Of a stretch of DNA of 64,000 nucleotides, positions 39,204 through 48,450 are shown one piece after another. The stretch is from Desulfomonilia bacterium (GTDB lineage: Bacteria > Desulfobacterota > Desulfomonilia > UBA1062). Both the position numbers and the translations under genes were made by a program. The DNA lies in assembly GCA_050014195.1 (NCBI GenBank), contig JBEKDT010000001.1:1-64000 (forward strand), written 5' to 3'. The notes beneath the pieces are model-generated. The model was not told where the DNA came from and did not search any database. It saw only the letters and a program-made list of their open reading frames with translations. Within the stretch, counting starts at the first letter, position 1. The number at the start of each line of letters is the position of its first letter.

Positions 39204-41717
39204 CTATATCGACTCATGGCTTATCCTTGCTATGACCTCGTCCTGCAACTCTCTCCCGATACTCGTGAAATAGGCGTTGTACCCCGTGATCCGCACCAGC
39301 AGCGAGCGGTAGTCCTCGGGCCTCTTCTGCGCGTCGCGCAGCATGTCGGCATCCAGCATGTTGATCTGCAGCGCGCTGCCTCCGTTTTCCACATAGCCCC
39401 TTAAGAATGCCTTGAACTTGGAGCGGTGCTCGGGGTTCTGCAGCAGCGACGGGTTGATGGTGATGGTGTGGCTCGCGCCGTTGGGCAGGCAGTTGTAATA
39501 CCCCTTATAGTCGCCCTGGCCCTGGGGGTCTTTGCCGCCCATGGCCTTGCCTACGGAGTTCGCATTGGCTGTGGGGCCGTTGATGTCCGCCCCGTTGCTC
39601 GGGCAGATGGCGTTTGACAGGAACCTCCCCTTGGGCCTGCCGTCCGGACTCGCCGGCAGGATGAAGCCGTCGCCCACCCAGTAGTTCCAACTCAGCATGC
39701 CCGGCCGGAACCGGCGGTTTGTGGAGACGGTCTTGTACTTCCATGTCTCCTCGCTCCACAGCGCCATGACCGCATGTGCCAGGGCGTCGGCCTTGTCGTC
39801 GTCGCAGCCGTATTTCGGGGCCTTGAACCTGGCCTTGGCCTGCAGCTTTTCATGGCCTCCCCAGTTTGCCTTCAGGGCCCCGATGAGCTCGGCCATGGTG
39901 CATTCCTTGTTGTCGAACACCAGGTTCTTGACTGCCAGCAGCGAGTCCACCGTGGTGGCGAACGTTACCGCCTCCAGCGTGGTGAAGCCCAGCTCAGAGC
40001 CGCCCTCGGTGATGTCGAGCCCCTTTTCCGCACATCCCCTTACCAGGCACGAGAGGTACGGCGTGGGACAGAACCGGGCCCTGATGGATTCGGACTGCTC
40101 ATAGAGCTCGGCACATTTCTTCACGATGAAGCGGGTCTGCTCGGCATACGCCCCCCAGAACTGCTCCCAGGATGCAAATGTCGCTGCATCGCCTGTCCTG
40201 GGTCCGGCCTGCGACACCTTCTCCTTCTTGCCCGTAATGGGGTCGATGAAATCGAAGAAGTCCTTCCCGTTATTCAGGGCCAGCTCAACGGCCTTCAAGA
40301 GGTTGAGGTTGTTGTCCACCGTGCCCGAGCGGTCGTTGCCCTGCATGGTGTTCTCCAGGCAGCCCACGGGAGCATAGTCGTGCACGTTGTTCTCGTTGAT
40401 CAGGTGCGTAACGTTTCCCCTCTTTGCCTCGCGCAGCATCCCGGCCATGGACCGCTCGTCGAAATTCAGCAGAAAAGGCGCGCCCTGGCTCACCGAGATC
40501 ATGTCCACCACCTTGTCCAGCAGCTCATCCGGGGTCCCCCGGTGCAGGCGCACATTGGGCTTGGGCTCTAAAATGGGCGTCATCTCGTCGATGACCTCCA
40601 GCATGGCGAAGGTAAGGTCATTGGTCATATCCTTGCCGCCCGCACCCACGCCGGAGAGCGTGATGAGCTGGCCGTAACCGGCGGTGATGCCGTTGAAGCC
40701 CACGCGGATCATGGCGTCGTACACCGTGTTGGCATGCACCCAGAAGCATTTCAGGATCTCCTTGCCGAACTCAGAGTCCATGCCCTGCTCTATCGAATAC
40801 TGCCAGTAGGGCAGCAAATACTGATCGATGCGTCCGAAGGACACTCCCGGTCCGGGGTAATTCTCGTCGCTCATGATGAGCATGTGCGTGAGCCACAGGG
40901 CCTGCACGGCTTCCCAGAAGGTTGTTGCAGGCTCCCAGGGGACCTTCTTCAGGTTTGCGGCCATCTGGTTAAGCTCTGCCTTTCGGCCCGCATCCTTTTC
41001 CGATGCGGCAAGCTTCCCGCACAGGTCGGCATACTTTGCAGCCAGGTCCCTTGCCATGGTGGAGGCGGTCATCATGGCCTTCAGCTGGGCGCCTTTTCTG
41101 CCCTTCTTGTCATTCCCGGCTAGGGCCTTGTATTTCTTTTCCAGGTCTTCATGGAGGCCCTTCCAGCCGATCTTGAGCGCACGCTCGTATCCGGGGATGA
41201 GGTGGCCGCTCGTGGCACCCGAGTTGCCGTATCCGTGGTCGTGGAACCACTTCATGGATGCGCGGGCCCCCTTCTTGCCGTATATGAGCCTGTCGCGCTC
41301 TTTTGCCTCTTTCTTTGTCCAACACTTGGACGTCTGCAGGTTGAAGCGGCCGCCCGCAATCAGGTCTCCGGGCAGGATCTCCTGGGGCACATAGTTCACC
41401 ATCACCTCCTTGATGAACCAGGCCTTTCGTTCAACCAGGCTCCAGGTCCAGAAGTCCGGGTGCAGCTTAACGGGCCTGGCAGCCTGCTGCATGGATGAGC
41501 GGAAGGTCTGCATGAACGGGTACGTCTCGGGCACGATGTAGAAGGTCATCTCGTCGAACTGCACGTCCCAGGGCGTGCCTGTCGTCCAGGCGGTGAACTC
41601 GTTGTTCCAGGCGCGCTCCACGCCCTTGTAGTAGTAGTCCCGCAGCCAGGTTATACGCGGTGAGAGGTTCTTCGGTTCCTTGATCTTCGAAACGCTAAGT
41701 GCCGCCTGTGCGCTCAT
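39204..41717 (-). CDS. Glycyl-radical enzyme A (divergent, 837 aa)
   Basis: SFGRIDQYL, GCLEN Cys loop, SPDGR, C-terminal RITGY. Confidence 0.93.
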   Translation of the reverse strand: MSAQAALSVSKIKEPKNLSPRITWLRDYYYKGVERAWNNEFTAWTTGTPWDVQFDEMTFYIVPETYPFMQTFRSSMQQAARPVKLHPDFWTWSLVERKAWFIKEVMVNYVPQEILPGDLIAGGRFNLQTSKCWTKKEAKERDRLIYGKKGARASMKWFHDHGYGNSGATSGHLIPGYERALKIGWKGLHEDLEKKYKALAGNDKKGRKGAQLKAMMTASTMARDLAAKYADLCGKLAASEKDAGRKAELNQMAANLKKVPWEPATTFWEAVQALWLTHMLIMSDENYPGPGVSFGRIDQYLLPYWQYSIEQGMDSEFGKEILKCFWVHANTVYDAMIRVGFNGITAGYGQLITLSGVGAGGKDMTNDLTFAMLEVIDEMTPILEPKPNVRLHRGTPDELLDKVVDMISVSQGAPFLLNFDERSMAGMLREAKRGNVTHLINENNVHDYAPVGCLENTMQGNDRSGTVDNNLNLLKAVELALNNGKDFFDFIDPITGKKEKVSQAGPRTGDAATFASWEQFWGAYAEQTRFIVKKCAELYEQSESIRARFCPTPYLSCLVRGCAEKGLDITEGGSELGFTTLEAVTFATTVDSLLAVKNLVFDNKECTMAELIGALKANWGGHEKLQAKARFKAPKYGCDDDKADALAHAVMALWSEETWKYKTVSTNRRFRPGMLSWNYWVGDGFILPASPDGRPKGRFLSNAICPSNGADINGPTANANSVGKAMGGKDPQGQGDYKGYYNCLPNGASHTITINPSLLQNPEHRSKFKAFLRGYVENGGSALQINMLDADMLRDAQKRPEDYRSLLVRITGYNAYFTSIGRELQDEVIARISHESI

Positions 41718-42454
41718 GGCTCCCTCCTTTTGGGCTGGTTGAGGATTGTGCGCAAATGCTCTTCGCCGTGGTTCAATGTCTCTATCATGACGTTCACCGC
41801 CCGCACGGTGTTCTTCTTTGCAATGGCATCCACAAGCCTGCCATGGAAGGCTGCTGTGGCCGGCACATTGGCAGGGTCTGAAAAGAACACGCCGGTGAAG
41901 TTCATGTACACCGGCTTGAACGAGTTGATGAGCAGCGGGTAGATGACGTTTGCGGATGCCATGCCGATGGTATGGTGGAACCTGAAGTCGAGTGCGGTGA
42001 TCTTCTTTACATTCCCGGGGTCAACGGACTCTTCCTTTTCGAGGATCTCGCGGAGCTCGGTTAGGTGATCCTCGGTCCGGTTGGCTGCTGCAAGCCTGGA
42101 GGTCTCGCTTTCCACCAGGAGCCTTATCTGCAGCAGGCTTTCCAACAGGCCTTCGTCGATCGCACCCTGCTGGTAGTTGATGATGGAGTTCAGGATGGCC
42201 AGCGACCCCTCCTTGCGGTAGTCGTTCACAACCGTGCCGATCCTCGGCTTCATGGTAACCAGGCCCTTGGCCGCGAGGTCAACGAGCCCCTCGTGCACCA
42301 CGGGCCTGCTCACGCCCAGCTGCAGGGCCAGCTCTCTTTCCGAGGGCAGCTTCTGCCCGATGGCGATCTTGCCGGTCAGGATCAGGTCTTCGAACCGCGA
42401 GATGAACACGTCTACCAAGCTGTCCGAATGGAGCGGCTTCAGCATGTCCTTCAT
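41714..42454 (-). CDS. FadR/GntR-family regulator
   Basis: LPSERELA..LGVSRPVV; FCD domain with D..FH; stop overlaps the GRE A start (ATGA). Confidence 0.93.
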   Translation of the reverse strand: MKDMLKPLHSDSLVDVFISRFEDLILTGKIAIGQKLPSERELALQLGVSRPVVHEGLVDLAAKGLVTMKPRIGTVVNDYRKEGSLAILNSIINYQQGAIDEGLLESLLQIRLLVESETSRLAAANRTEDHLTELREILEKEESVDPGNVKKITALDFRFHHTIGMASANVIYPLLINSFKPVYMNFTGVFFSDPANVPATAAFHGRLVDAIAKKNTVRAVNVMIETLNHGEEHLRTILNQPKRREP

Positions 42455-42472
42455 TGAACCCCCTTTTATGTG

Positions 42473-42523
42473 GCTGGTGGTAAGGCCAGCTGACAATATA
42501 CACCTGAAATGAGGGGGAGGCAA
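42473..42523 (-). promoter_or_regulatory. Sigma70 promoter and palindromic operator of the GRE operon
   Basis: Minus strand TTGCCT-N17-TATATT (42523-42495); GCTGG-N8-CCAGC containing TGGTAAGGCCA at 42473-42490. Confidence 0.6.
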
Positions 42524-42760
42524 GGAGGAAAAGTACCTTTGATTCTTTATTATGATGTTTAAGTATCGAGCGGAGACTGGAATCAGGCGCTATCCAGTCT
42601 GATCTCTTATTTCGAGATCATTGGTTTGGGAGCCTTCCGAACGTGCCAATTTATTGAAGGAATCTACAGAAATGTATATGGTTAAGATAGTATATATTCA
42701 GAATAAATCAATGTATATAAGGTGGTAATTAATAATTCCACACGTTAAAGGGGGAACAAA

Positions 42761-43339
42761 ATGAAACATCTCATCGTCTATTCACACCCGAACCCAAAGA
42801 GCTTTTGTCATGCAATACTGGAAGAAGTTATAAAGACCTTAAAATTAAGGAATCATGATCTTGTGGTAAGAGATCTCTACGACCTTAAGTTCAATCCCGT
42901 TTTGAGCACATCGGACTTTGTGGCTATTCAGTCCGGAAACATTCCACATGACGTCAAGGAAGAACAAAATTTCATTATCTGGTCTGATATTATTACCGTG
43001 ATACATCCTGTATGGTGGACAGGTATTCCGGCTATGTTCAAGGGCTACATTGATCGTGTGTTTTCACATGGCTTTGCCTATGCCATAGGCGATAAGGGTC
43101 TCGAACAGCTTCTCAAAGGCAAGAAAGTTATCATCTTTAACAGCCAGGGGACACCCAAAGAGATCTATGATGCCTCAGGGATGTCAAATGCTATGCACAT
43201 GACATCAGACACTGGCATATACCAGTTTTGTGGCATCGAAGTACTCGAGCATATATTCTTTTCTGCTGTCCCTTATGTGGATGATAAAACACGGAAGGAT
43301 TATATTGAACAGGTTGGCAATGTTATGGGTCGATATTGA
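42761..43339 (+). CDS. NAD(P)H:quinone oxidoreductase, flavodoxin-2 (MdaB/KefF-like)
   Basis: SHPNPKSF, RDLY, PVWW..PA..KG.IDRV. Confidence 0.9.
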   Translation: MKHLIVYSHPNPKSFCHAILEEVIKTLKLRNHDLVVRDLYDLKFNPVLSTSDFVAIQSGNIPHDVKEEQNFIIWSDIITVIHPVWWTGIPAMFKGYIDRVFSHGFAYAIGDKGLEQLLKGKKVIIFNSQGTPKEIYDASGMSNAMHMTSDTGIYQFCGIEVLEHIFFSAVPYVDDKTRKDYIEQVGNVMGRY

Positions 43340-43582
43340 TTGATTGATGTTCGAGATCATCAGTTTTAAGACATTGCAAAGGCGCCAATCTATCGAAGAG
43401 ATCTTCAATCCAGGCTCATTGTGATGAATGGCATGAAATATTTAGTTTAACCTGGCTATGTTTTATGATGGAATATTATGGTATAAAAAGACAAGAATAT
43501 GTATTTTGTGTCAATAGGTAAGAAATGCATCGCTGAATAACATGCACGCACATTTATTGCATTTATGTTGTGAAAGAAGCAT

Positions 43583-45418
43583 ATGTACATCAAACATTTA
43601 CTTTTCGAGAACGTTGGACCCATTCAGTACATCGACTACACTTTTCCTTTTGACGACGAAGGAAAACCAAAGCCTGTGGTGCTGGTTGGGATGAATGGTT
43701 CTGGAAAAAGTATCTTGCTATCACACATCGTGAATTCACTGATTAGTGCCAAACAAGAAATATTTGAAAACACTGAGGTTGAGAAAGGGAAAGTATATAA
43801 ATACAGATCCCCCAGTTATATCACGACAGGATATGAATACTACTTCGCTAGGCTTCAGTTCGAATCTGATCTTGAGTCTGGAGAGTGGCAGATAAGCATG
43901 TCACGCAACGATTTCGAAAGCAAGTTTAACTACACGCCGAACCACAAGGAATGGTCACTGGTGCCGGAGAAGGAAACATCAATGATATGGTCAAACTTTA
44001 ACAACAAGATAAATGATGTTAAAACTCTCCTGAATAACAACTGTGTCCTCTACTTTCCCCCCAATCGATTTGAAGAACCGGCATGGCTCAATTATGACAA
44101 TTTGGTCGCTCGTGCGGAGTTTTCGGATATCAAACATATTCAGGGCATCTCCAACCGTAGTATCATCCAATACTCCCCCCTTACACAAAATAAGAATTGG
44201 CTACTGGATGTTCTCTTTGATAGACAGGCCTTTGAGATTCAGACGCAAAATTTTCCTGTGCAACTGGATCCAACCAAAAACATTCCATTACCGTTATTTG
44301 CCGGATACTCTGGTCCCTCGACCAACCTGTACTTGGGGATTTTAGACGTGCTCCGTTTAATAGTCGGATCAATAGACAACCCCCGTTTCGGAGTGGGGCC
44401 ACGCAAAAATCGCCAGCTAACCGTGATGCGTAACGAGAGACCATGGATCCCAAATGTATTTCAACTCTCTACCGGAGAGACTTTGGTTCTGAATCTTTTC
44501 CTTTCTCTACTCCGCGATTTCGATCTGACCGATGGCGGATTCCATAGTTTGGACCAAGTAAGAGGAATAATGCTGGTAGACGAGATTGACTCACATCTCC
44601 ACTGTGACCTACAAAGCAACGTAATTCCTTCTCTAATGAAACGATTCCCCAGAGTGCAGTTCATTGTAACATCGCACTCGCCCTTGTTCTTAATGGGTCT
44701 CCAAAGAGAGTTGTCTGATGACGGCTTTCGAATTCTGTCTCTCCCGGAAGGTAATGAAATAGGTATTGAACGATTCTCGGAGTTTCAGAACGCATATCAA
44801 GTTTTCAAGCAATCATCTGCTTATGAAAACGATCTTAAACTGATACTCGAACGGGCAGGACAAGATGTTGTCATTGTCGAGGGCAATTACGATGTTCTCT
44901 ATCTTCGGAAAGCTGCCTCGTTGCTTGGCCACGAAGAAACCATTAAGGGTGTGGAGTTACTTGATGCTGACGGTTTTGGCAATCTGGACAAGATATGGAA
45001 ACACTTTGATTCACGATTGGCTCAGCTCTCCCCCCGTAAAACCCTTCTCGTCTATGACTGCGACACGACCAAGCAAAATGCTGATCGGGGGCGGATTATT
45101 AAACGGGTTGTCCCTTCAGTATCCGGCAACCCAATAACCAAAGGTATAGAAAACCTTTTCCCTCAAAGCACAATCGATGCCGCACGCAAAGCAAACCCCC
45201 GTTTCATAGATGTGACGCCGGCTGTTAAAAGGATAATTCGTGGAAATGAGATCATTCAACCCGAAGTTTTAGAAGTCAATAAAGATGAGAAAGCTAATCT
45301 GTGCAATTGGCTGTGCCAGAATGGTACCGTCGATGATTTTATTGGCTTTCAGTCAGTTTTTCACCTCATAAGGAATGCATTGGAAGAAGGATCAGGCACA
45401 CGCGAGGATGAGGCGTAA
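43583..45418 (+). CDS. ABC-type ATPase with a C-terminal TOPRIM-like domain (OLD-family-like)
   Basis: GMNGSGKS, LSTGE, LVDEIDSHLH, TSHSP; VEG..D and YDCD; AT-rich. Confidence 0.8.
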   Translation: MYIKHLLFENVGPIQYIDYTFPFDDEGKPKPVVLVGMNGSGKSILLSHIVNSLISAKQEIFENTEVEKGKVYKYRSPSYITTGYEYYFARLQFESDLESGEWQISMSRNDFESKFNYTPNHKEWSLVPEKETSMIWSNFNNKINDVKTLLNNNCVLYFPPNRFEEPAWLNYDNLVARAEFSDIKHIQGISNRSIIQYSPLTQNKNWLLDVLFDRQAFEIQTQNFPVQLDPTKNIPLPLFAGYSGPSTNLYLGILDVLRLIVGSIDNPRFGVGPRKNRQLTVMRNERPWIPNVFQLSTGETLVLNLFLSLLRDFDLTDGGFHSLDQVRGIMLVDEIDSHLHCDLQSNVIPSLMKRFPRVQFIVTSHSPLFLMGLQRELSDDGFRILSLPEGNEIGIERFSEFQNAYQVFKQSSAYENDLKLILERAGQDVVIVEGNYDVLYLRKAASLLGHEETIKGVELLDADGFGNLDKIWKHFDSRLAQLSPRKTLLVYDCDTTKQNADRGRIIKRVVPSVSGNPITKGIENLFPQSTIDAARKANPRFIDVTPAVKRIIRGNEIIQPEVLEVNKDEKANLCNWLCQNGTVDDFIGFQSVFHLIRNALEEGSGTREDEA

Positions 45419-45840
45419 GAAAATATTCCGCTTTAGCTAATCCGGGTGTTACCCAATATGATGATTCCTGCGATAAATGATCGGGTTCAAACGTTCTAAG
45501 AAACTGATGATCTTCTGCCAGATTGGCGCTCTGAGTCTTAGCCTGAATACCATAGATTTGGAAACATGATGTCCTGTTTTCAGCCTTCTCAAAACCGCGA
45601 TGAAACCGAGGAGATCTCTCGGATAAAGGGGGCAGATTTATTTTCTGAAGGGAAGCAGGCTTCAGATGGTAGGCATGAGAATCGAAATCCAGGAGGTTCG
45701 AAATGCCATTGCAGCTTATGAGGCTCGATGATTGGGACTTGACTTCTCGTGCAAAGGCGCAATGAAGATGATCGTATGAAATCATTGCCGGAGAACAGAC
45801 CCGATAAACATGTATCTATTATCATCCATAAAAGGAGTTC

Positions 45841-46347
45841 ATGATGAAAAATTGCGATCCCCTTGCCATTTCCGAAACCCTGACAACCCGGATTAAAAAA
45901 GGCGCCTTCCTGACCGTCAAGGCAGGAGACTCCATGAACACCATGACCGTAGGCTGGGGCCTGGTCGGGTTCATCTGGCAGCGGAGCGTCTTCATGGTGG
46001 CCGTGCGCGACTCGCGCCATACCTTCTCCATCATGGAAAAGGCTTCTGATTTCACGGTCACCTTTCCGACGAAGGACATGCAAGACACCCTCATGTTCTG
46101 CGGCTCCAAATCCGGCCGGGATCTGGACAAGTTCAAGGCCTGCAAGCTGATCCCTGTGGCGGCGCAGCAGACTCTCTCCCCGGTCCTCCAGGTGCCGGGC
46201 ATCCACCTCGAATGCCGGATCTGTTTCAAGGCGCCCATGGACCCCGCTTATCTCGATGGGGCCCTTCATGACCTCTATCCGGCAAAGGACTACCACACCC
46301 TCTATTTTGGTGAGATCGTGGCCTGTTACGAAACCGATACACCGTGA
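45841..46347 (+). CDS. Flavin reductase-like protein
   Basis: NTMTVGWG, CGSKSGRD.DK, DYHTLYFGEI. Confidence 0.88.
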   Translation: MMKNCDPLAISETLTTRIKKGAFLTVKAGDSMNTMTVGWGLVGFIWQRSVFMVAVRDSRHTFSIMEKASDFTVTFPTKDMQDTLMFCGSKSGRDLDKFKACKLIPVAAQQTLSPVLQVPGIHLECRICFKAPMDPAYLDGALHDLYPAKDYHTLYFGEIVACYETDTP

Positions 46348-46468
46348 GCGGTTGCATGGCAATTCACCAGGCAATGGGACCGGTAAAGGACCTGGGACAT
46401 TCATAAAAATGGATCTTCTCTGTGAAGCATATTTTATGGTTTGCATCCTTTTCCCAGCCCATTGTTCT

Positions 46469-46667
46469 CACCACGAAGGACACGAAGAGCACAAAAAAGA
46501 TCTAAAAAATGCAAACAGACACTCTTAGACCTTTTGAACTGGTCCATAATTTCTAAAAATCCTTTCTTCGTGTCCTTCGTGCTCTTCGTGGTGAAGCACC
46601 TCTATGTCTGCTCAAATGCTATGCTCCATTTTGGTTGCGGCTATGCTGCGCTAAGCTCTTCGTGGTG
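46469..46667. repeat. REPIN-like inverted repeat built from 9-nt CACGAA(G) units
   Basis: CACCACGAAGGACACGAAGAGCAC ... CTTCGTGTCCTTCGTGCTCTTCGTGGTG, plus a third arm near 46657. Confidence 0.8.
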
Positions 46668-46806
46668 AAATATCCCTTTTGTGTGCTCTTCAATGATCCG
46701 AGTATGCTTTACCTAAAAATGCGGCTACCTGGGCAAGGCCTTCTGCCTTGACCCGTGCCACCCGATGATTTCTTTTTATCTTAGCTACCCGTCCGAGTGA
46801 CCCTGT

Positions 46807-47307
46807 TCATCTCTTGAAGATCTTTGCAATGAGCGGGTTCTTGCCGGGCGATGCTTCGTAGACTGTTCCCAGCTCTTTCTGATAACCAGCGACAATGGAA
46901 TGGATGATCCGGTCAAAAAACAGGTTCACGTAGAAATTGATCTCCATGAGCTGATTGAGGTCGAATCCGCTGTCCACCGAGATCTGAGCCTTTATTACAT
47001 CCCAGATCCCCCTCTTGATCAGCAGGAACACCATGACCACCTCATCGAGGGGAATGCCTTCCCGGCACCTCTGGGCACCGAGATCCGAATAGTAGGCGAA
47101 CAAAGTGTTCTTCGGTTTGTTCTTGTTGAGCCAGTTCCCGAGCCTCTGGTATACATTGCGGATCACCTGGGAGATGCGCTCCGAAGTGACATCTTCCGAG
47201 ATTTCCCGGTAATGTCTGGTTTCTTCCCTCTTCCGGATATCCTGCAGGAGTTTATTGGTAATCTTCTCTGCATTTTTCTCGATGAGATCCATGAATCGCT
47301 CGTACAT
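46807..47307 (-). CDS. Hypothetical protein, RsbRD N-terminal-like helical domain
   Basis: LGAQRCREGIPLDEVV pattern; SD GGAGG. Confidence 0.65.
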   Translation of the reverse strand: MYERFMDLIEKNAEKITNKLLQDIRKREETRHYREISEDVTSERISQVIRNVYQRLGNWLNKNKPKNTLFAYYSDLGAQRCREGIPLDEVVMVFLLIKRGIWDVIKAQISVDSGFDLNQLMEINFYVNLFFDRIIHSIVAGYQKELGTVYEASPGKNPLIAKIFKR

Positions 47308-47496
47308 GACTCTTTCCTCCCTTGTATGGTGAACAATAGAATAAGAATTATATCAATATTGTCAATGGAAGCAGCCTCCCTTCACGGTTCGCACCGGGTG
47401 TAATGAAGACGGTGATGTCCCGACCGTATTGACATGTAAACCGTGGTTCTTAATCTAAGGAATATCTCGAAAGGCTAAAATGCATGGAGGGAAGAG

Positions 47497-47886
47497 ATGA
47501 AAATCCTGATGTACTATGACGGTACGGAATATACGAAAGAAGCCCTGCCCCTGGTAAAATCACATGCAAAGGCCTTCAATGCCAGTGTCGATGTGGTTTC
47601 CTCTCTTCCCAGAGGGGGGGAGCCGCAGCTCAAGGAGGTTGAGTCGAGGGAAGATGAGCTTGCATACATAAAGAGCACCTTTGACAAGGAAAAGATCCCC
47701 TGCGAGACCCACCTCCTGATCAAGGGTCATGATGCGGGAGTAGACATTGTCCAATTTGCCGGGGAGCACAAGGTCGACGAGATCATTATCGGGACCGAAA
47801 AGAAAACGAGGGTCGAAAAGTTCATTATAGGCTCGGTCGCCCAGTACGTGATCATCAACGCGAAGTGCCCGGTGGTCGTCGTCTGA
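47497..47886 (+). CDS. Universal stress protein
   Basis: KIL..YDG, IIIG, IGSVAQYVIINAKCPVVVV; upstream TTGACA-N16-TAATCT. Confidence 0.92.
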   Translation: MKILMYYDGTEYTKEALPLVKSHAKAFNASVDVVSSLPRGGEPQLKEVESREDELAYIKSTFDKEKIPCETHLLIKGHDAGVDIVQFAGEHKVDEIIIGTEKKTRVEKFIIGSVAQYVIINAKCPVVVV

Positions 47887-47971
47887 TCGAAGTCCTATTG
47901 CAATAAGGCCCTGCCTCAAAGGTTTGAACAGCAAGGAGGGAGAGTTTCCTGAAAGGAAACCGGGAGAGAAT

Positions 47972-48391
47972 ATGAAAATAATAAAGACGTTTGGTTGTGT
48001 CTACGCGGCAGTTTTCATGATGGGCATTTTCATCTGTATTCTTCCTCATACGCTCAATGCCGCAGATGCCCCGCGAATGGGGAAGGATGAATTAAAAAAA
48101 CTGCTGGACAACACGGATGTCATCATTCTCGATGTGCGCACCCAGGTTGATTGGGAACAAAGTGAATATAAGATAAAGGGAGCCAAGCGCCTGGAGGATG
48201 TCGACGCAGTGGACAGCATTGTTGCTAACCCGAAGGACAAAACCATTGTACTCTACTGTGCCTGACCGCATGAGGCGACGAGTGCCAGGCTGGCACCCAG
48301 ATTGATGTCAAAGGGCTACACGAAGGTCTATGTACTGAAGGGAGGCTGGAACGAGTGGTATGATTCCGGCTATCCTGTTGAAAAGAAATGA
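47972..48391 (+). CDS. Secreted rhodanese-domain protein, probable selenoprotein (in-frame UGA at 48263-48265)
   Basis: IVLYCA-UGA-PHEATSARLA...VYVLKGGWNEWYDSGYPVEKK completes the rhodanese fold in the same frame; hairpin GTGCCA-GGC-TGGCAC at 48282-48296. Confidence 0.88.
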
Positions 48392-48450
48392 ACGGTTTAC
48401 ATTACGAGAACGAAAACCCCGGTTTACCCCTGTTGACGGACAGGGAGAAT

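Noticed and set aside
34683-41717. Pyruvate formate-lyase, benzylsuccinate synthase or a microcompartment GRE locus
   Set aside because: No Cys-Cys motif, no small Bss/Hpd-type subunits and no shell-protein genes
45366-46446. Minus-strand ORFs 45366-45785 and 45589-46446
   Set aside because: No motifs; the longer one is antisense to the flavin reductase gene
47924-48265. Complete 113-aa protein ending at TGA
   Set aside because: The domain continues in frame past the UGA to 48391
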